From Lama glama (taxonomy: Eukaryota), in contig CM052817.1 in the NCBI GenBank assembly GCA_028534125.1, positions 11,844,001-11,908,000 on the forward strand: a stretch of 64,000 nt of DNA, written 5' to 3'. Within the stretch, counting starts at the first letter, position 1; the number at the start of each line of letters is the position of its first letter. The position numbers were made by a program, and so were the translations under genes. The notes beneath the pieces were generated by a model, which saw only the letters and a program-made list of their open reading frames with translations, did no database searches and was not told the origin of the DNA. Shown here in pieces: positions 25,696 through 38,100 of this stretch.

Positions 25696-26590
25696 CATTA
25701 CATTTTACAGTAAAAAAACACAAACAACAATAACAACAAAAAAAATAGTTAAATTTCACAAGTAGTAAATGTTAGTCAGTAAAGGCAAGGTTATGTTTTG
25801 GTAATAAAGATCTTCCTAAATCATAGAGGCTTAAAACCACAAAAGCTTACCTCTGGAGAGGAAGGTGGGTCTACATCATGTTGGACCTTGTAGGATTTGG
25901 TAAAAATTTGGAATATAATGAAAAATCATTAGTGAATGTTAAGCATGTGAGTAATACAATCCGAGTTACACTTTGGAAAGGTCTCTAGGTCTAGCTTCTA
26001 AATGTGGAAAATGAGCAAAGTGATGGAAATTGAAGGGACAGCCCTGTAAGCCAGCTTTCTTGTGTATTTATAAACGTGATAAATACATGAGAACATCTGT
26101 TATTACATTAGTGTATTGCATTACTTATTACGACTCTAGTGGATGGCCTACATAAACACTATTTTTCTTTTTAAAAAAAATGAAGAGGTTAATGCGGTGG
26201 TCTAGGCAATGGAAGACATTGGCTTGGATTTGTAGTAAAGATGAGAAGTAGGCTGATTATGGATATATTTTGGAAGATGAGTCAGTGGTGTTGCTATTGG
26301 ACAATATGTGAATAGTGAATGAAAGAAGACTCACAGCTATTCCTTGGACTTTGGACTAAGTGATGTGGTAGATGGTTATAATACATTCTAAGATAGGGAA
26401 GACTTGGAGGGGAGCAGATTTTAGGGCATAAGTTATTCTGTTTTGATCTTATTATGCTTGCTGTTCTTGTTATATATTCAAATGGAGATGCTGAAAGCAG
26501 TTGTGTATGAGAGTCTGGAGCTCACAGAAGAGGCTGAACCTGTGGATACTAATTTGAAAGTCATTAAGGTATAGAGAATTTTTAAAAAAA

Positions 26591-26828
26591 TTTTTTCCCT
26601 TTTTCAGTTTTATTCAGTAGAATTATTACAGTTCCAAAGAGAAAGAAAAATGCCATATGACATCATTTATATGAGAAATCTAAACAATAATAATAATAAG
26701 GATACAAATGAACTAATTTATAACTCAGATGATTAATTTCTTGGATATGTGTAAGCACATTTGACTGTTCTTTATGACTGGATTACTGCATTCTGTTGAT
26801 TCTTATTTCGCAGTTGGCTTTATTCCTT
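26591..26828 (-). mobile_element. Short L1 insertion with inverted segment (same 3'UTR family as 25046-25169 and 46440-46650)
   Basis: 26591-26635 rev. comp. gives ctgtaataattctactgaataaaactgaaaa (matches 46605-46640). 26636-26828 is plus-strand ORF2 end/3'UTR ending ttcttatttcgcagttggctttattcctt. Confidence 0.7.
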
Positions 26829-26905
26829 AGAGAATCTTCTTTAAAAAAGATTTTTTTGCTATAGAGAATTTCCATTTCAAATACACACAGAAGTGGATAC
26901 ACTAG

Positions 26906-27080
26906 TGCATTATTTTGCTGGGGCTGCCATAACAAAATACCACAGACTGGGTGTCTTAAAAAACAGAAATGTATTCACCCACAGTTCTTGAATCTGGAAG
27001 TCCAAGATCAAGGTGTTGGCAGGTCTGGTTTCTTCTGAAGCCCTTCTTCTCGGCGTATAGATGGCAGCCTTTCTGAGGTG
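26906..27080 (-). mobile_element. MaLR LTR fragment (MLT1A/B-like)
   Basis: ggctgccataacaaaataccacagactggg…ggaagtccaagatcaaggtgttggcagg. Confidence 0.85.
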
Positions 27081-28309
27081 ACAGTTACATAGGGTGGCTT
27101 GCTTGGAGATCCTTTGTGGGACTCACCTGAGGCGGGTTGTGTTGTGAGAGTCTAAAACATGCAGTCATTGAACTTCTGAGGATGCTTGCTCTTGCCTAAG
27201 AATGGGATACATATGGCATTGTAAGAAACCCTGCATTGTGGAGGTTTATACTGTTTTTGCCAGTTGTGTGTATTTTTCATTGCTATATTCAATTTTAGCA
27301 TCCTGTATCCAAACTATTTGGCTAATATGATCTTGGGTCATTAAATTGTTATGATCCTCAGGGAATACAGTATCTCTCATTTGACAAATGAAAAACTGAA
27401 GATCAAAAAATCAAATAACCCCAATCCACATACTCTAAAATACTTAAGAATTTCTATTATGCCACTGTATTTTAGTAATTATCAGTCAATAATAATTATA
27501 TTATTAAGCCAGATAATTCTCACCCTTCTATTCCTAAATTTATTTTTTATTCCTCTAAAGTAATGTTATTGGGACTCTAACCATAGCATCCCAAAGCAAA
27601 TGAACATTCAATGCACCTCATTTTGTTTCAGTGCTGTTCAGCTCACCTCATTATTCAGGCATATAATGGCATCTATGTACAAGGCATTCACTAGGTGCTG
27701 GGGTTAAACAGAACTGAATGAGATTTGAGCTCTTAAAAACTTATAATCTAGTGGGGGAAATGGAACTTCAGGTTACTAAGTAATCAACAAATATTGTCCC
27801 CATTTGATGAAAAAACTAAAGCTTAGAGAATTAAATGCTCCAGGTCACCCACCCCATATGAATTTCCCTGCCTCGTTTTAGTAGAGAATTTTAGCCAGTA
27901 GAGCATTCGACTGACTGAACATTGGGATATCTAGGCCTTAAATCCTTGTACTTTGTAATTAATTAAATGAGTGACTTTTGGCAAAAATGTCCTCCCTTTG
28001 CCTTAGTTATTTCACCTAATTATCACTACAGAGATAATAATTTATGCTGAACCTTTCTCATATAAAATCAGAGAATCAAACATTGATGCCTATGAGAGTC
28101 CTTTGGAAATAAATTGTTCCTTATAAGGTGGTATCATCACCTTGTTTCTGTCTTGGTGGTAAGATGAGCATTATGAGTAAATGCCATCCACATCACGTTT
28201 GGAACGTTGGACTCACCAAATGATGGGCTATGAGCTATCGTTTTGGGGACATTATTCTGGCGGTGAAGGTTTTTAAAGATAATATCATATAAAATCAAAA
28301 AGCAGACGA

Positions 28310-28495
28310 GATCTGAGGTCAGAAGACCTGAGATTGTGGTTGTCTGTTTCCTAGTTTGGGCAAGTCATTTAATTTCTCTGTACTTTGGTTTATTTGCCTG
28401 TGAAGTAGAGATGTTAATACCTGTTCTGCCTCTCTTGTAGGAATATTAAAAAACCAAATACAATGTATATGAAAGTCTTTTGTGAACCATGAAAA
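28310..28495 (+). mobile_element. MIR SINE
   Basis: ttgggcaagtcatttaatttctctgtactttggtttatttgcctgtgaag…aatgtatatgaaagt. Confidence 0.7.
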
Positions 28496-28917
28496 GCCCA
28501 TTCTACTAGAATCTGATGAGGTCCAGAGATAGAAGCCATGACTGATTCATTTTATAACCTTAGGGGGCTAACAGGCAGCTTGTTATACAGCAGGAGTTCA
28601 ATAAATTTTTATAGAAAAGAATCTGGACTCTGACCTGGTTTTTGAGTTTCTCTTCTTTTTCTGTTTGCGGACAAGTGTAGCTCTGGGTTCAATCCAAAAT
28701 CTATGATGTGAACTTCATTCTGCTTCCGGACCTGTGTGTTCTCCAGAGCTCTTCCTCACTTCCCTCCCCATCCTTCCCCACCCCTACGCTGCCTTCCTCA
28801 CCTTCAGGGCCTGGCCAAAGCCTGGGCTTTTTACCCAATATCACTCTCAAAATATCCTAATTATGATCGCATCACTGGAAAAGTCTCCTGAGACTTTCTT
28901 TTTTCCTTTCTTTTCTT

Positions 28918-29330
28918 ACTGAAGTCAAGTCAGTTACAATGTGTCAGTTTCTAGTGTACTGTATAATGTTTCCATCATACGTATACATATTTGTTTTCAT
29001 ATTCTTCTTCATTATAGGTTTCTATAAGATATTGAGTATAGTTCCCTGTACTATACAGAAGAAATTTGATTTTTTTAATCTATTTTATATATATAACAGA
29101 TAGTATTCATACATCTCAAACTCCCAATTTATCCCTTCCAACCCCCTTCCCCCCGATCCCTGTAACTATAAGTTTATTTATTATGTCTGTGAGTCTGTTT
29201 CTGTTTTGTAGATAAGTTTCTTAGTGTCTGGTGTCTTCTTTTTCTTTTCTTTTCTTTCTTCTTCTCCTTTTTTTTAGATTCCACATATGAGTGATATCAT
29301 ATGGTATTTTCTTCTCTTTTTGACTTCCTT
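28918..29330 (-). mobile_element. Lineage-specific (camelid-type) L1 3' end
   Basis: gaagtcaagtcagttacaatgtgtcagtttct…atacagaagaaattt…aaactcccaatttatcccttcc…tttagattccacatatgagtgatatcatatggtattt. Confidence 0.85.
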
Positions 29331-30111
29331 ATCACATTGTAAATGTGTGATAAATTAATACTAAAAAGCTGACAGGAGATGGGCTTAACTTCCCAAGGTG
29401 GATTCCATTTCTTTAAATCAATTCTTGAACATACTTCCTGTTAAATATTATACCCGAAGTTATTTGTTTTGGATAAGATACTTATATGGGGAGATGGTTT
29501 TGCAATTTTAATCTCTGTATTAGAGATTATGTTTCTGATCAATAAAGTGATTTTTTTCCTACAGTAATCAATAGAGAATACAGTAGCTACAAGCAGATTT
29601 TATTCTGTCATGACCTTTTTGAAGAACAGTGCTATTTTGAGTCACTCCAGGAAAGAAAGACAGAGGCACACATTAGGAGGTGAAACTGGGGAAGAAAAGT
29701 GAAACTTTTTTACATACCAGAAGTTAATTCTGTATATGAACAAGTGTCAGTTACCTAGGAAGTAGAGGAGGGAGGCCAAGATTACAAATGGGAACATGTG
29801 AAAAGCAACATGTGCAAGATGTGGAGCAAAGGTAAGTTCAGATAGCATCGACTTGAATAATGTCCTCAGGCATCTGTGATTATTTACAAAGCACCTCTTA
29901 GGAGGCCTTGCTTTTGCTTCACTAGTTCCCTTGTCTTCAGCCAATGTGGAGAAAGTGCCCTGTATCTGCCCCTTACTCTACACAAGGACATAATTCATTT
30001 CAGAATGGAAGACACCTTTTTCCCCTCAGAACTGACTGCAGTAAGAGTCATGGGAGTTCATATTGCTGCTATATTGACACATTAGTATTCTCCTTTCCTC
30101 TCTTGTCATAC

Positions 30112-30357
30112 CTTCTTCTTTGCCTTCACTGCCTCCTTCTTTTCCTCTTCCCCTCCCTCCTCCCTTTCCTACTCCCTCCTCCTCCTCTTCTATCTCCTCT
30201 TCTTCTTTCCCTCCTCCTCCTCCTTCTTCTCCTCCTCCTCTTCCTCCTCCTCCTTCTTCTTCCTCCTCCTCCTTCCTCGTCCTCTTCTCCTCCTCCCTTC
30301 TTCCTTCTCCTTTACCTCCTCCTCCTCTTTACTTTCCTTTTCACCTTCTCTTCTTTT
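30112..30357. repeat. Polypyrimidine (CCT/CTT)n low-complexity tract
   Basis: About 245 bp almost entirely C/T on the + strand. Confidence 0.95.
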
Positions 30358-30639
30358 GGAAATAAAGGAGCAATACAAGAATTCAAAGGAGTTTGAGGTA
30401 ATAGCAAAAGATTTTATCTTAGTAATCAGGGTAAATATATGGCATATGGCTCTGATATGGGGAAACACTGACACACGAACAAAATAATGTAAACAGGCCA
30501 ACATAGGAAGCTACTCTGAAACCCTAGGGCATGAAAATAAAAGCAGAATTAAACAAGAAGCCTAATAAGAGATTATACAGAAAGTTAGAGTTCCAAGTCC
30601 TTTAAAAATTGCTATCATTTAGGGAAGAAAATAATAATA

Positions 30640-31770
30640 ATTTTTGTGTCAATTATTTTTAGCAGCAAGTACCACAAAAATTGACTAATTTGGCTTAAAT
30701 AAAGGATTGCATTTTCTTACCAAAAATAAATCCCAACAGAAGGTAGTGTCAAAGAAAAACTGCATCAGAGGTAAACAGGCAAAACAGGCTTTATTCAAGA
30801 CTATTGCAACAGGGGAGAGAACTCAACTCCACTGAAAGGAAAGGAAGAATTTTTAAGCCCTGGGGTAAGTTAGTGGAAAAGTACTAGATGATGTTGGTGA
30901 GGGACAATTGGCCGATGTGATTAAGTCATCTGTGTTTGCTAATTGGCACTTACCAAAGTTAGGCTCTTACCTTCCTGCAGAGACTGGTAAATAGGGTATT
31001 ATCTCTCTTGATGATTACGTTTCAAAGGCATTGCTCCCAGATTCTTGAGAAAGATATTCTCGGGTTGTAAAACTGGCAAGAGGCTGAAAGGAGATTTATA
31101 TCTCAAAGGGGTAGAGGAAGAATTTACAATTTTAAGTGTTCTAAAGTAATAGTCTAAGAAAAAGGAAGTCAGGACCTTTAGTAAAGAAGAAACTTAAAGT
31201 TTAGTTAAGCTGAGAAGAATGTCAAAGCCATCTTGCTCAATAGTTCTGAGGTTTGATTCAAAGTGAGATTGACAACCTTAAGGAACCAGAGTGTTTCTAT
31301 CTTTGTTCACATGAAAATCAAGGGGAACTGACATCAGATATTGTTGAACATAGGTGCTTAAATTTAATCAAAAATCTGTTTTTTTCATGTTTTAATTCAT
31401 AGTTTTTTCCCTACTTCACTCTCAGGCAGATTTTTCTCTCATGGTAGCAAGATATCCATACCAATTCTAGACCTACATTCTTTCAGCCTAGCATAATGTC
31501 AGAAAGAGAGTGTCTCATTCTCAATAATTTCTTCCCAAATCCCTGATGTAGTTTTCACTGTTCAGCTTGGTTTAGGTGTTCAGCTTTGAGTCCATCTCCT
31601 AGGCCAGGAGATTAGGATACACGGGGGTATCATACATCCCTGAAACTAGAAGATGAGTTCTTTCCTAACTATATAGATGGCAGTTCCTAAGGGGAAAAAT
31701 CACTGTGCTTTCCCAGAAAAAGGAGAAAGGTATGCCAAGCAGGTTAAAACAATATATGACTATGCTATGG
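30640..31770 (-). mobile_element. Old MaLR LTR (MLT1J/K-like) split by an ERV1 LTR
   Basis: agcaagtaccacaaaaattgactaatttggcttaaataaa…aggtag | ttctgaggtttgattca…ctctcatggtagcaagat…aaaggagaaaggtatgc. Confidence 0.55.
30747..31239 (-). mobile_element. ERV1 solo LTR (MER31/MER67-like)
   Basis: tgtcaaagaaaaa…gctttattcaagactattgcaa…aaagtttagttaagctgag…catcttgctca; TG…CA ends; flanks GTAG/ATAG (4-bp TSD, one mismatch). Confidence 0.8.
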
Positions 31771-32649
31771 TTTTTCAAGTTCTCTTCCCACTTTTGTTCA
31801 TGGAACAAGCAGAGTGGGTCTGTGCTGAAGGTAGGAACTTAAAATGTGAAACCAAGGGCCAGATCATCTATATTGCTCTATCATTGCTGGCAGATGATGC
31901 TACTGAAATATGAGTTACTGTCACTGCATATTCAGATATGTGTTGCAGTTCTTTCTATACTAGGAAGGCTGCACATCAAACTAACTTGGTGACTCTAGCA
32001 TGAAGATTCTTCTTTCTTTATATTTATTAAGATTTCATGCACCCCAAGCCTCTCTCTGCTGATTCTTTTGGTTCCCATGTTGACTTTTCTGAAAGAGATT
32101 GTGAGCTCAACTGCCTCTTCTCAGAGATTCCTGTGCAAATCTTGCCCACCAATTCATCTGCTTGTCTTTTGTCTTGAGACTTATTCTGTATATGGTTCTG
32201 TCCATTGTTTTGGATGCTTTCTCCTCACCATTGTTTGGTCTCTTTCTGTCTGGCTTTCTACTAGGGTTCCCTCTTTTTACTTTGCCCTAGATTGCCAACT
32301 TCCTACAGGATGGACTATTCAGATCTGATCTTGCATGCTTAAAGATACTGCTTCTTAACTTTTACCTTGGTCCCTAGTACTGAGATTTACAGGCAAATCT
32401 ATACTACAGTTTAACTCAGACCTTCAGAATATTACATCTCAACCAGTTCTCAGTGACCCTAAGATTTTATTTTCTGAGAATTGAGATAAGAGAAGGCAAT
32501 GAGGAGTTAAAGTCAGTATTCTGATTTGTTTGGCAATATAGTTCTCATTATAAAGATGTAAGTTGGATTTCTACTTTATATATCACTTTCTGTGGCATTT
32601 GGTTGGTACAGTCACTCTGGGTTTGCTAGTAGAGGGGAGTCTCTTGATA

Positions 32650-32825
32650 AAGACACATGGCTTTGGACCTGGACCCATTTTGAGTTCCAATGCAAAACTG
32701 CACATGTGCAAATTAGCCTCTCTGAGCTTCAGTTTTTTTATATCCTAACTACAAATGATGAAGGCTGTTTCTTAAGGAGACACATGATCCATAAATACTT
32801 AGTAAATGCTCTTCACATGGTAGTA
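32650..32825 (+). mobile_element. MIR SINE
   Basis: acatggctttggacctggac…agcctctctgagcttcagtttt. Confidence 0.55.
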
Positions 32826-33377
32826 ATATTGCATTAAAAGAAGAGCCTAAGAAAAATGTAGGCTCAGATTCTAAGGCATGGTGGCCACTCAGAGATAGTA
32901 CTACCATGCAGGAGTCTGCTTGAGAAGGCTTCTCTTCTTTCACAACTTCCCGACCAATGTACCATAACATATTGGTATGCTGTGAATAGACAAAAATGCC
33001 TTGAGTTATCAGTCCTCTCTGACTTCTGAGCAGCTGAGCAGATCCTGGGAGTTGCTGAAGTTCCTTGGGTGGTTGTCATAATTCAAAAACAGCCTCATCT
33101 ATTTACTTTATTGTGCCATACAAATATTTTCAGTTACCATATGTGTCATGATGTAAAATAGTTTGGAAAAGAGAACTCTATTTTTCCTTAGGATATGTGT
33201 GATGAATGGCACATATAATAAATGTCATGGGAAAATGACAGTTCAGTACAGAAAGCTGAGTAAATTGGTGATGATTGAGCTAATTCTTGAAGAAGAAGGA
33301 AGATTCAGCATACTAGGAAGCAGAAGAAAAGAACCAAGGCAGAAAAATTTAAAGTGAGGAACAGATACATTTACTGA

Positions 33378-33720
33378 CTGTGCTAGTCAGGGCACTTAAC
33401 ACTAGCTGCCATAAGGGCTTGTCTGTGTCTGTTTCTCACTCATACAAAGTCTGGTGTCAGTTGGGTAGCCCTCCATCTTATAGCCATGCCATCTGGAACC
33501 TATGGCCTCCAAAGTTGCATGAACAGTGAAGGGAAGGTCAGAGGATATCAGAGGATGTGTAAATAGTTAGGCCTACTTATGTCATCTTTATCACACCCCA
33601 TTGGCCAGAGCTCATTCATATTGCTTCATCTAACTCTGTGGGAGGTTGGAAAATGTAGACTTCCTATGTGATCAGAAAGAGAAAATGGTGTTGGAATACA
33701 TAACTTTATGTCTGTCATAA
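33378..33720 (-). mobile_element. Degraded MaLR LTR (old MLT1)
   Basis: tcacaccccattggccagagctcattcatattg…atctaactctgtgggaggttggaaaatgtag is a typical MLT1J/L segment. Confidence 0.6.
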
Positions 33721-35004
33721 TAATACAGGGACATCTACATGGGAATCCTAATTATCAGCCAGGATTGATTGAGGAGCAAGTTACCATGAGAAAGAAGATG
33801 AGCTGGGGAGTCTCAATGTCATATCCATAAGTTAATGCAGCCTAATATATTTTTCACCATTAAAGGATATAAAGATGAGAATTCACATGTCAGCTGGTCA
33901 AGACAATGATGGAGACACTTGACAGTCTTGATTGGTTCCCATTAGCTGTTCTTGCCTCTGCTGGTCTGCTATTGCTTCTATCTAAGTCCTATCATATTTA
34001 TGCCCTTAGTAGATGTGGGAATTGATGTCATAGAAATTCTGGATGTTAGGGAGCTTGGTGCTTCCTCAAGAGAATATCAGGTGTGTTTGGAGAATCTTTA
34101 TGGGAGTTCTTTATAAGGGTTATAGGAGAGAAGGCTGAAAGAGTATCTCGTATCTAAAATGTTGATTGTGAAGGGGCAGACTTTACACGTCAGGCTAAAG
34201 AATATCTTCTTCATTCTTAGAGTGTGGGGAGTAACTGAAAAATTTTGAGCAGAGTTGTCATCTTGTTTATCAAACTATGCGTTAGGGAGACTAATCTGGC
34301 TTTTCCTAATGCCCACTGCAAACTAGGTTAGTACGCCCCTTTTCTGTGACTCCATTTCTCTCGGTATTCTGTCTGTGATTGCACGGACAACATTCTTGTG
34401 CTAAGATTGTTTTGTGTTGCCCTCATCTACTCTAATGAGCTCATCCTGGACTCAGACTAGCCTGATTTGTTGTCTTGTCTCAGTGTTTCACATATTGCCT
34501 GATAGAGGAGATAGCAACTCATTTATGGAGCACACATTTTCAAAAAGCAGTTTATAAGGTCACCTCCTCCATCCCCCTCATCAAGCCAATCTGGTTAACT
34601 GGCACTTCAACTCTTCTGTGAAACAGATATTCCCAAACCCAAGCCCTGAAAGGAACTAAGTAACCTCTGAATCATCAAAGAGGTCCAATTATAGTCAACC
34701 TATAGTGACTGATATATTGGTTGTATGAAATTATTTGGAAAATTGCTCCTTGGTACACAGGATATTTTTTTAAGTAGAACATCCTATTTCTCAGCTATCA
34801 TTATCTCTTTATGTTGATTTAAATCATCTATTTGAATGGGTGAGCAGGCCACAGAGAAATCAAATGATTTCAGTAGTTTTATGAATATTTAGGGGAGATT
34901 TACAAACAAAAATAGAGTATGGAGACTGACCATATATCTTTTTTTTCTAGAAGTAAGCTAATCTTATAGGATTCCAGAGAGATATGGAAAGGACTAAAAA
35001 TTTT

Positions 35005-35150
35005 TGAGCATCTGAATACTCTGGGAAACATGCTAGGTATTATATATAATTTTTCCTTTTAAATCTCCTAATAACCTGCAGAGTTAGCATCAGTTTCCCC
35101 ATTTTGCAGGTGAGGAGATTAAATCTCAGAGAGATTACATCTGTTGTCCA
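35005..35150 (-). mobile_element. MIR SINE
   Basis: ttccccattttgcaggtgaggagattaaatctcagagagatta. Confidence 0.7.
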
Positions 35151-38100
35151 ACGCAAACATTCAGTAGATGATCTGTAAGACCCCAAAATTTGCAAATCAA
35201 CTTTCCATAGGGTTAAAACAGATCTGACTCTTTAGCATGGTTAAGACAACAGCTTGTGTAAATATCTGAAACTGACTTGTCCATAATGCAGTAATCATTT
35301 TTCTGCCCTTTCCCGCCCCCTTCCTATTCTTCTGATTCTTCCACAGTGTTCTACTTAATTGGCATTGGCATTGCGGGAGTCTGTTCCTTGGGGATTTGCC
35401 TCACCTTAGATAGCCTGTATGCAAAGCACCTCTCAGCATAGAAAAATCAACTTATAAATGTTTCTATGGCAACCATGGACTCCCAAAGACTGCTTAGTTC
35501 CTCCTTTGACCATGAATCTGAAAGCCAACAAAATAGATGCTTTTAAAAGTTTTATTTTAAAGTCCACTTACCAACGGTGAGAGACTAATTTTTTAAAGTA
35601 TAGTTAGTTATGCAACCCCTACAGATTGTTGCTGATCTAAATTGGGCAGATTTGAGCCATCCTCTTCCCTCAACACCTAGCACCCCTGTCAATACCATTT
35701 TTTTTCACTTTATTTTCTCCTGGAGGGGCCTTACTGACATGGTTTTTGTATGCAGTTGAAAAAAATACAATGCAAAGGTATATTTCAAATAAGATCGTAT
35801 TATCAATAAGGCTTGCCACATCTTCATCCCAATAACCAGAATATTTTGTGTGGTATCAATGCTGCATAACACAATTGAGCATATTTTTTGCTTTAAAAAT
35901 TTTTTGGAAAACAAAATGTTTTTAAACAGCCTTTTCTTTCTTTCTACTTAACAAATAATACAATGCTTATCTAGTGGGAAATTCATGGAGGAGTTATATT
36001 CAAAGTTGTAAGTTAAAAAAAGAGACCCGACAGCTTGAATATTTCTTGTTCTCATAATGATTTAAAATGCAGTGACCATATTTTCTGAACAAAATATTGA
36101 GACAATTGTCTCACACATTGTGTGGCAATGGGAGGAAATGTTGGCAGTGAGGGTTGTCTTAGGAAAATCTCATGAGTAAGGTTGGTCTCTTCTAACTGGA
36201 GAAGGAAGGAGAGATGATCATAAACCCTGAAGCAGAGACGGGTAAGCCTCCATGTACCTGTGAGACTTCTGCTGTGGCCTCAGCTCTGCGCTACATGCTG
36301 TGGGATGTCAAAAAACAACGCTGTCTTTGAGAAACTTAGAACCCACTTGAGAATGCAAGGTGAACAGTGGATAACAGAGGAGAGTGGGTAGTTATGAGTG
36401 ATCCTGCAATGTCCTCATAATAAAGCGGCCGTAGGGAGAGAGAGTGATTTCCTGTTTCTACAACTGAACCTGAGTTCCTTCATCCAATGGCAAAAACCTT
36501 GATATTTTCCATCTATCCTACCTCTTCTCAGTCTCTTGGGGCCTATCTCTGTCCTTTTAGGTTTTTCCCGCCTCCTCCCTCTCCCCTTCTCCTTAACTGA
36601 GGTAAGTCAAAGGGGCCTTTCATAAAATCACGACACTGCAAGAGTGTAGGAATCAAGAGTGATGTGTGTTGGCTTCAGTGCAGAGCTGGCACCTGCTGGG
36701 GGCGCACTGTCTTGTCTGGTCTTGGGTTCACACTACCTCCATGCTTCCATTCACTGGGGTGGCCAAAATGCATTTGGCTTCTGGTCATGTGATTTAAACT
36801 GCCTTCCTGCTTACTCCCACTGAGAAACCATTTTCAGAGTGAATTCTCTTCTCTCTGTCTCTGTGTCTCTGTCTTTGCTTTTGTCTTTCTCTCTCCATCC
36901 ATGAGAGTAAGGGTCCAAACGTGGACTAGAAATACTGGAGAGAAAAAAAAAACAAACCCGTAACTGTTTACAGGCACTGGCCAACAGGCAGTATAGGAGT
37001 TAAGGTCCCTGAGAGGAGAAACACATACAAGATGAAGTCTACCATGCCCCAGTTTTCTGCCCAGAGGTAATTTTCAGTGTGTAGTGCGGGCAGGGGGAAC
37101 CCAAGCAGAGCACAGTGGTCTTGTTGAATTGAGGAGACAGATGTTTGGAGTTTGGGGAGACCTAGGTGAATAGAATTTTCAGGACAAACTCCTGGAGAAA
37201 TGTGAACTTAGCAAAGAAAGAGTTCCAAAAATCCACACAGGAGTCCTTGTGAGCCTTTGAGTCTTTGAGTACCAGTCTATGCATGTGTCAGGTGAAATTC
37301 CACAAGTATGGATGTAAGACAACTTCTCAGGGAAGAAAAATTTCCTGAGAGCTGAACACTGAATAAGTCCCAGACTCACACAGGACTGGGAATCATTTGA
37401 CTTTCACATTCAGAACAGAGAGAACATATTAAATACATGGGACAATTATTAGAAACCCTTGAAAAGTTATGCTTAGTGATACTAAATTCCACCTATAGGT
37501 AAGTCTGCTGTAGATTACCCCTAAAATAGATTGAAAACAACACTCAGAAGGAGCAAATTATTAAGCAGACAGAGTAATTGCTTGCTGTAATAAGTTCAAA
37601 ACTCTTTCATAGACTACACCAAACTTTAGCACTCAACTATGTAAAATTCGCAACGTCTGGCATCCAATCAAAAAGTGTGAGACGTGAAGAAACAAGAAAT
37701 TGTGACCCATAACTAGGAGAAAAAACTAAGACAATAAAAATAAGCCCATAAATAACAGCGATGAAAGGAGTAGTAGACAGGGATCTTAAAGGAGCTTCTA
37801 TAAATATGCTCATGCTTTTAAAGAAACATGAACCTAAAGAGGAAGGACATGGGAGAAATGCTTCAAAGACAAATGGAGACGCTAAAGATGGAAAATGAGA
37901 TTATCTGAAATAAAATCTTCATTGACAGCTCTTAAAACAGACACTTCAGAAAGAAAGATCAGGGAACTTGCAACATAGCAACAAAAACTATTCAAAATGA
38001 AGAACAGGAGGAATAGAATAAACAAAAACAAAGAATAAGTCATCTGAGAAAAACATCAAGCTGTCTAACACATATACTCTGTAACTGGTGTCCTAGACTC

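Larger units (their letters stand above)
22603..25743 (+). mobile_element. Composite LINE-1 insertion (5'UTR + ORF1 + rearranged ORF2 + 3' segments) with 15-bp TSD
   Basis: TSD AATAGTTAAATTTCA at 22588-22602 and 25744-25758. L1 start gttccggtcaagatggcagag; degenerate A-tail at 25712-25743. Confidence 0.9.
22450..26570 (-). mobile_element. Antisense L2 interrupted by the composite L1 insertion
   Basis: caacaaatatttgattgcc…cttgctctcaaagaactt before 22600. L2 continues after 25760 (ggatatattttggaagatgag…gagtctggagctca). Confidence 0.7.

Noticed and set aside
29944..30504. Leu/Pro/Ser-rich and Glu/Arg/Lys-rich ORFs
   Set aside because: Products of the (CCT/CTT)n simple repeat.
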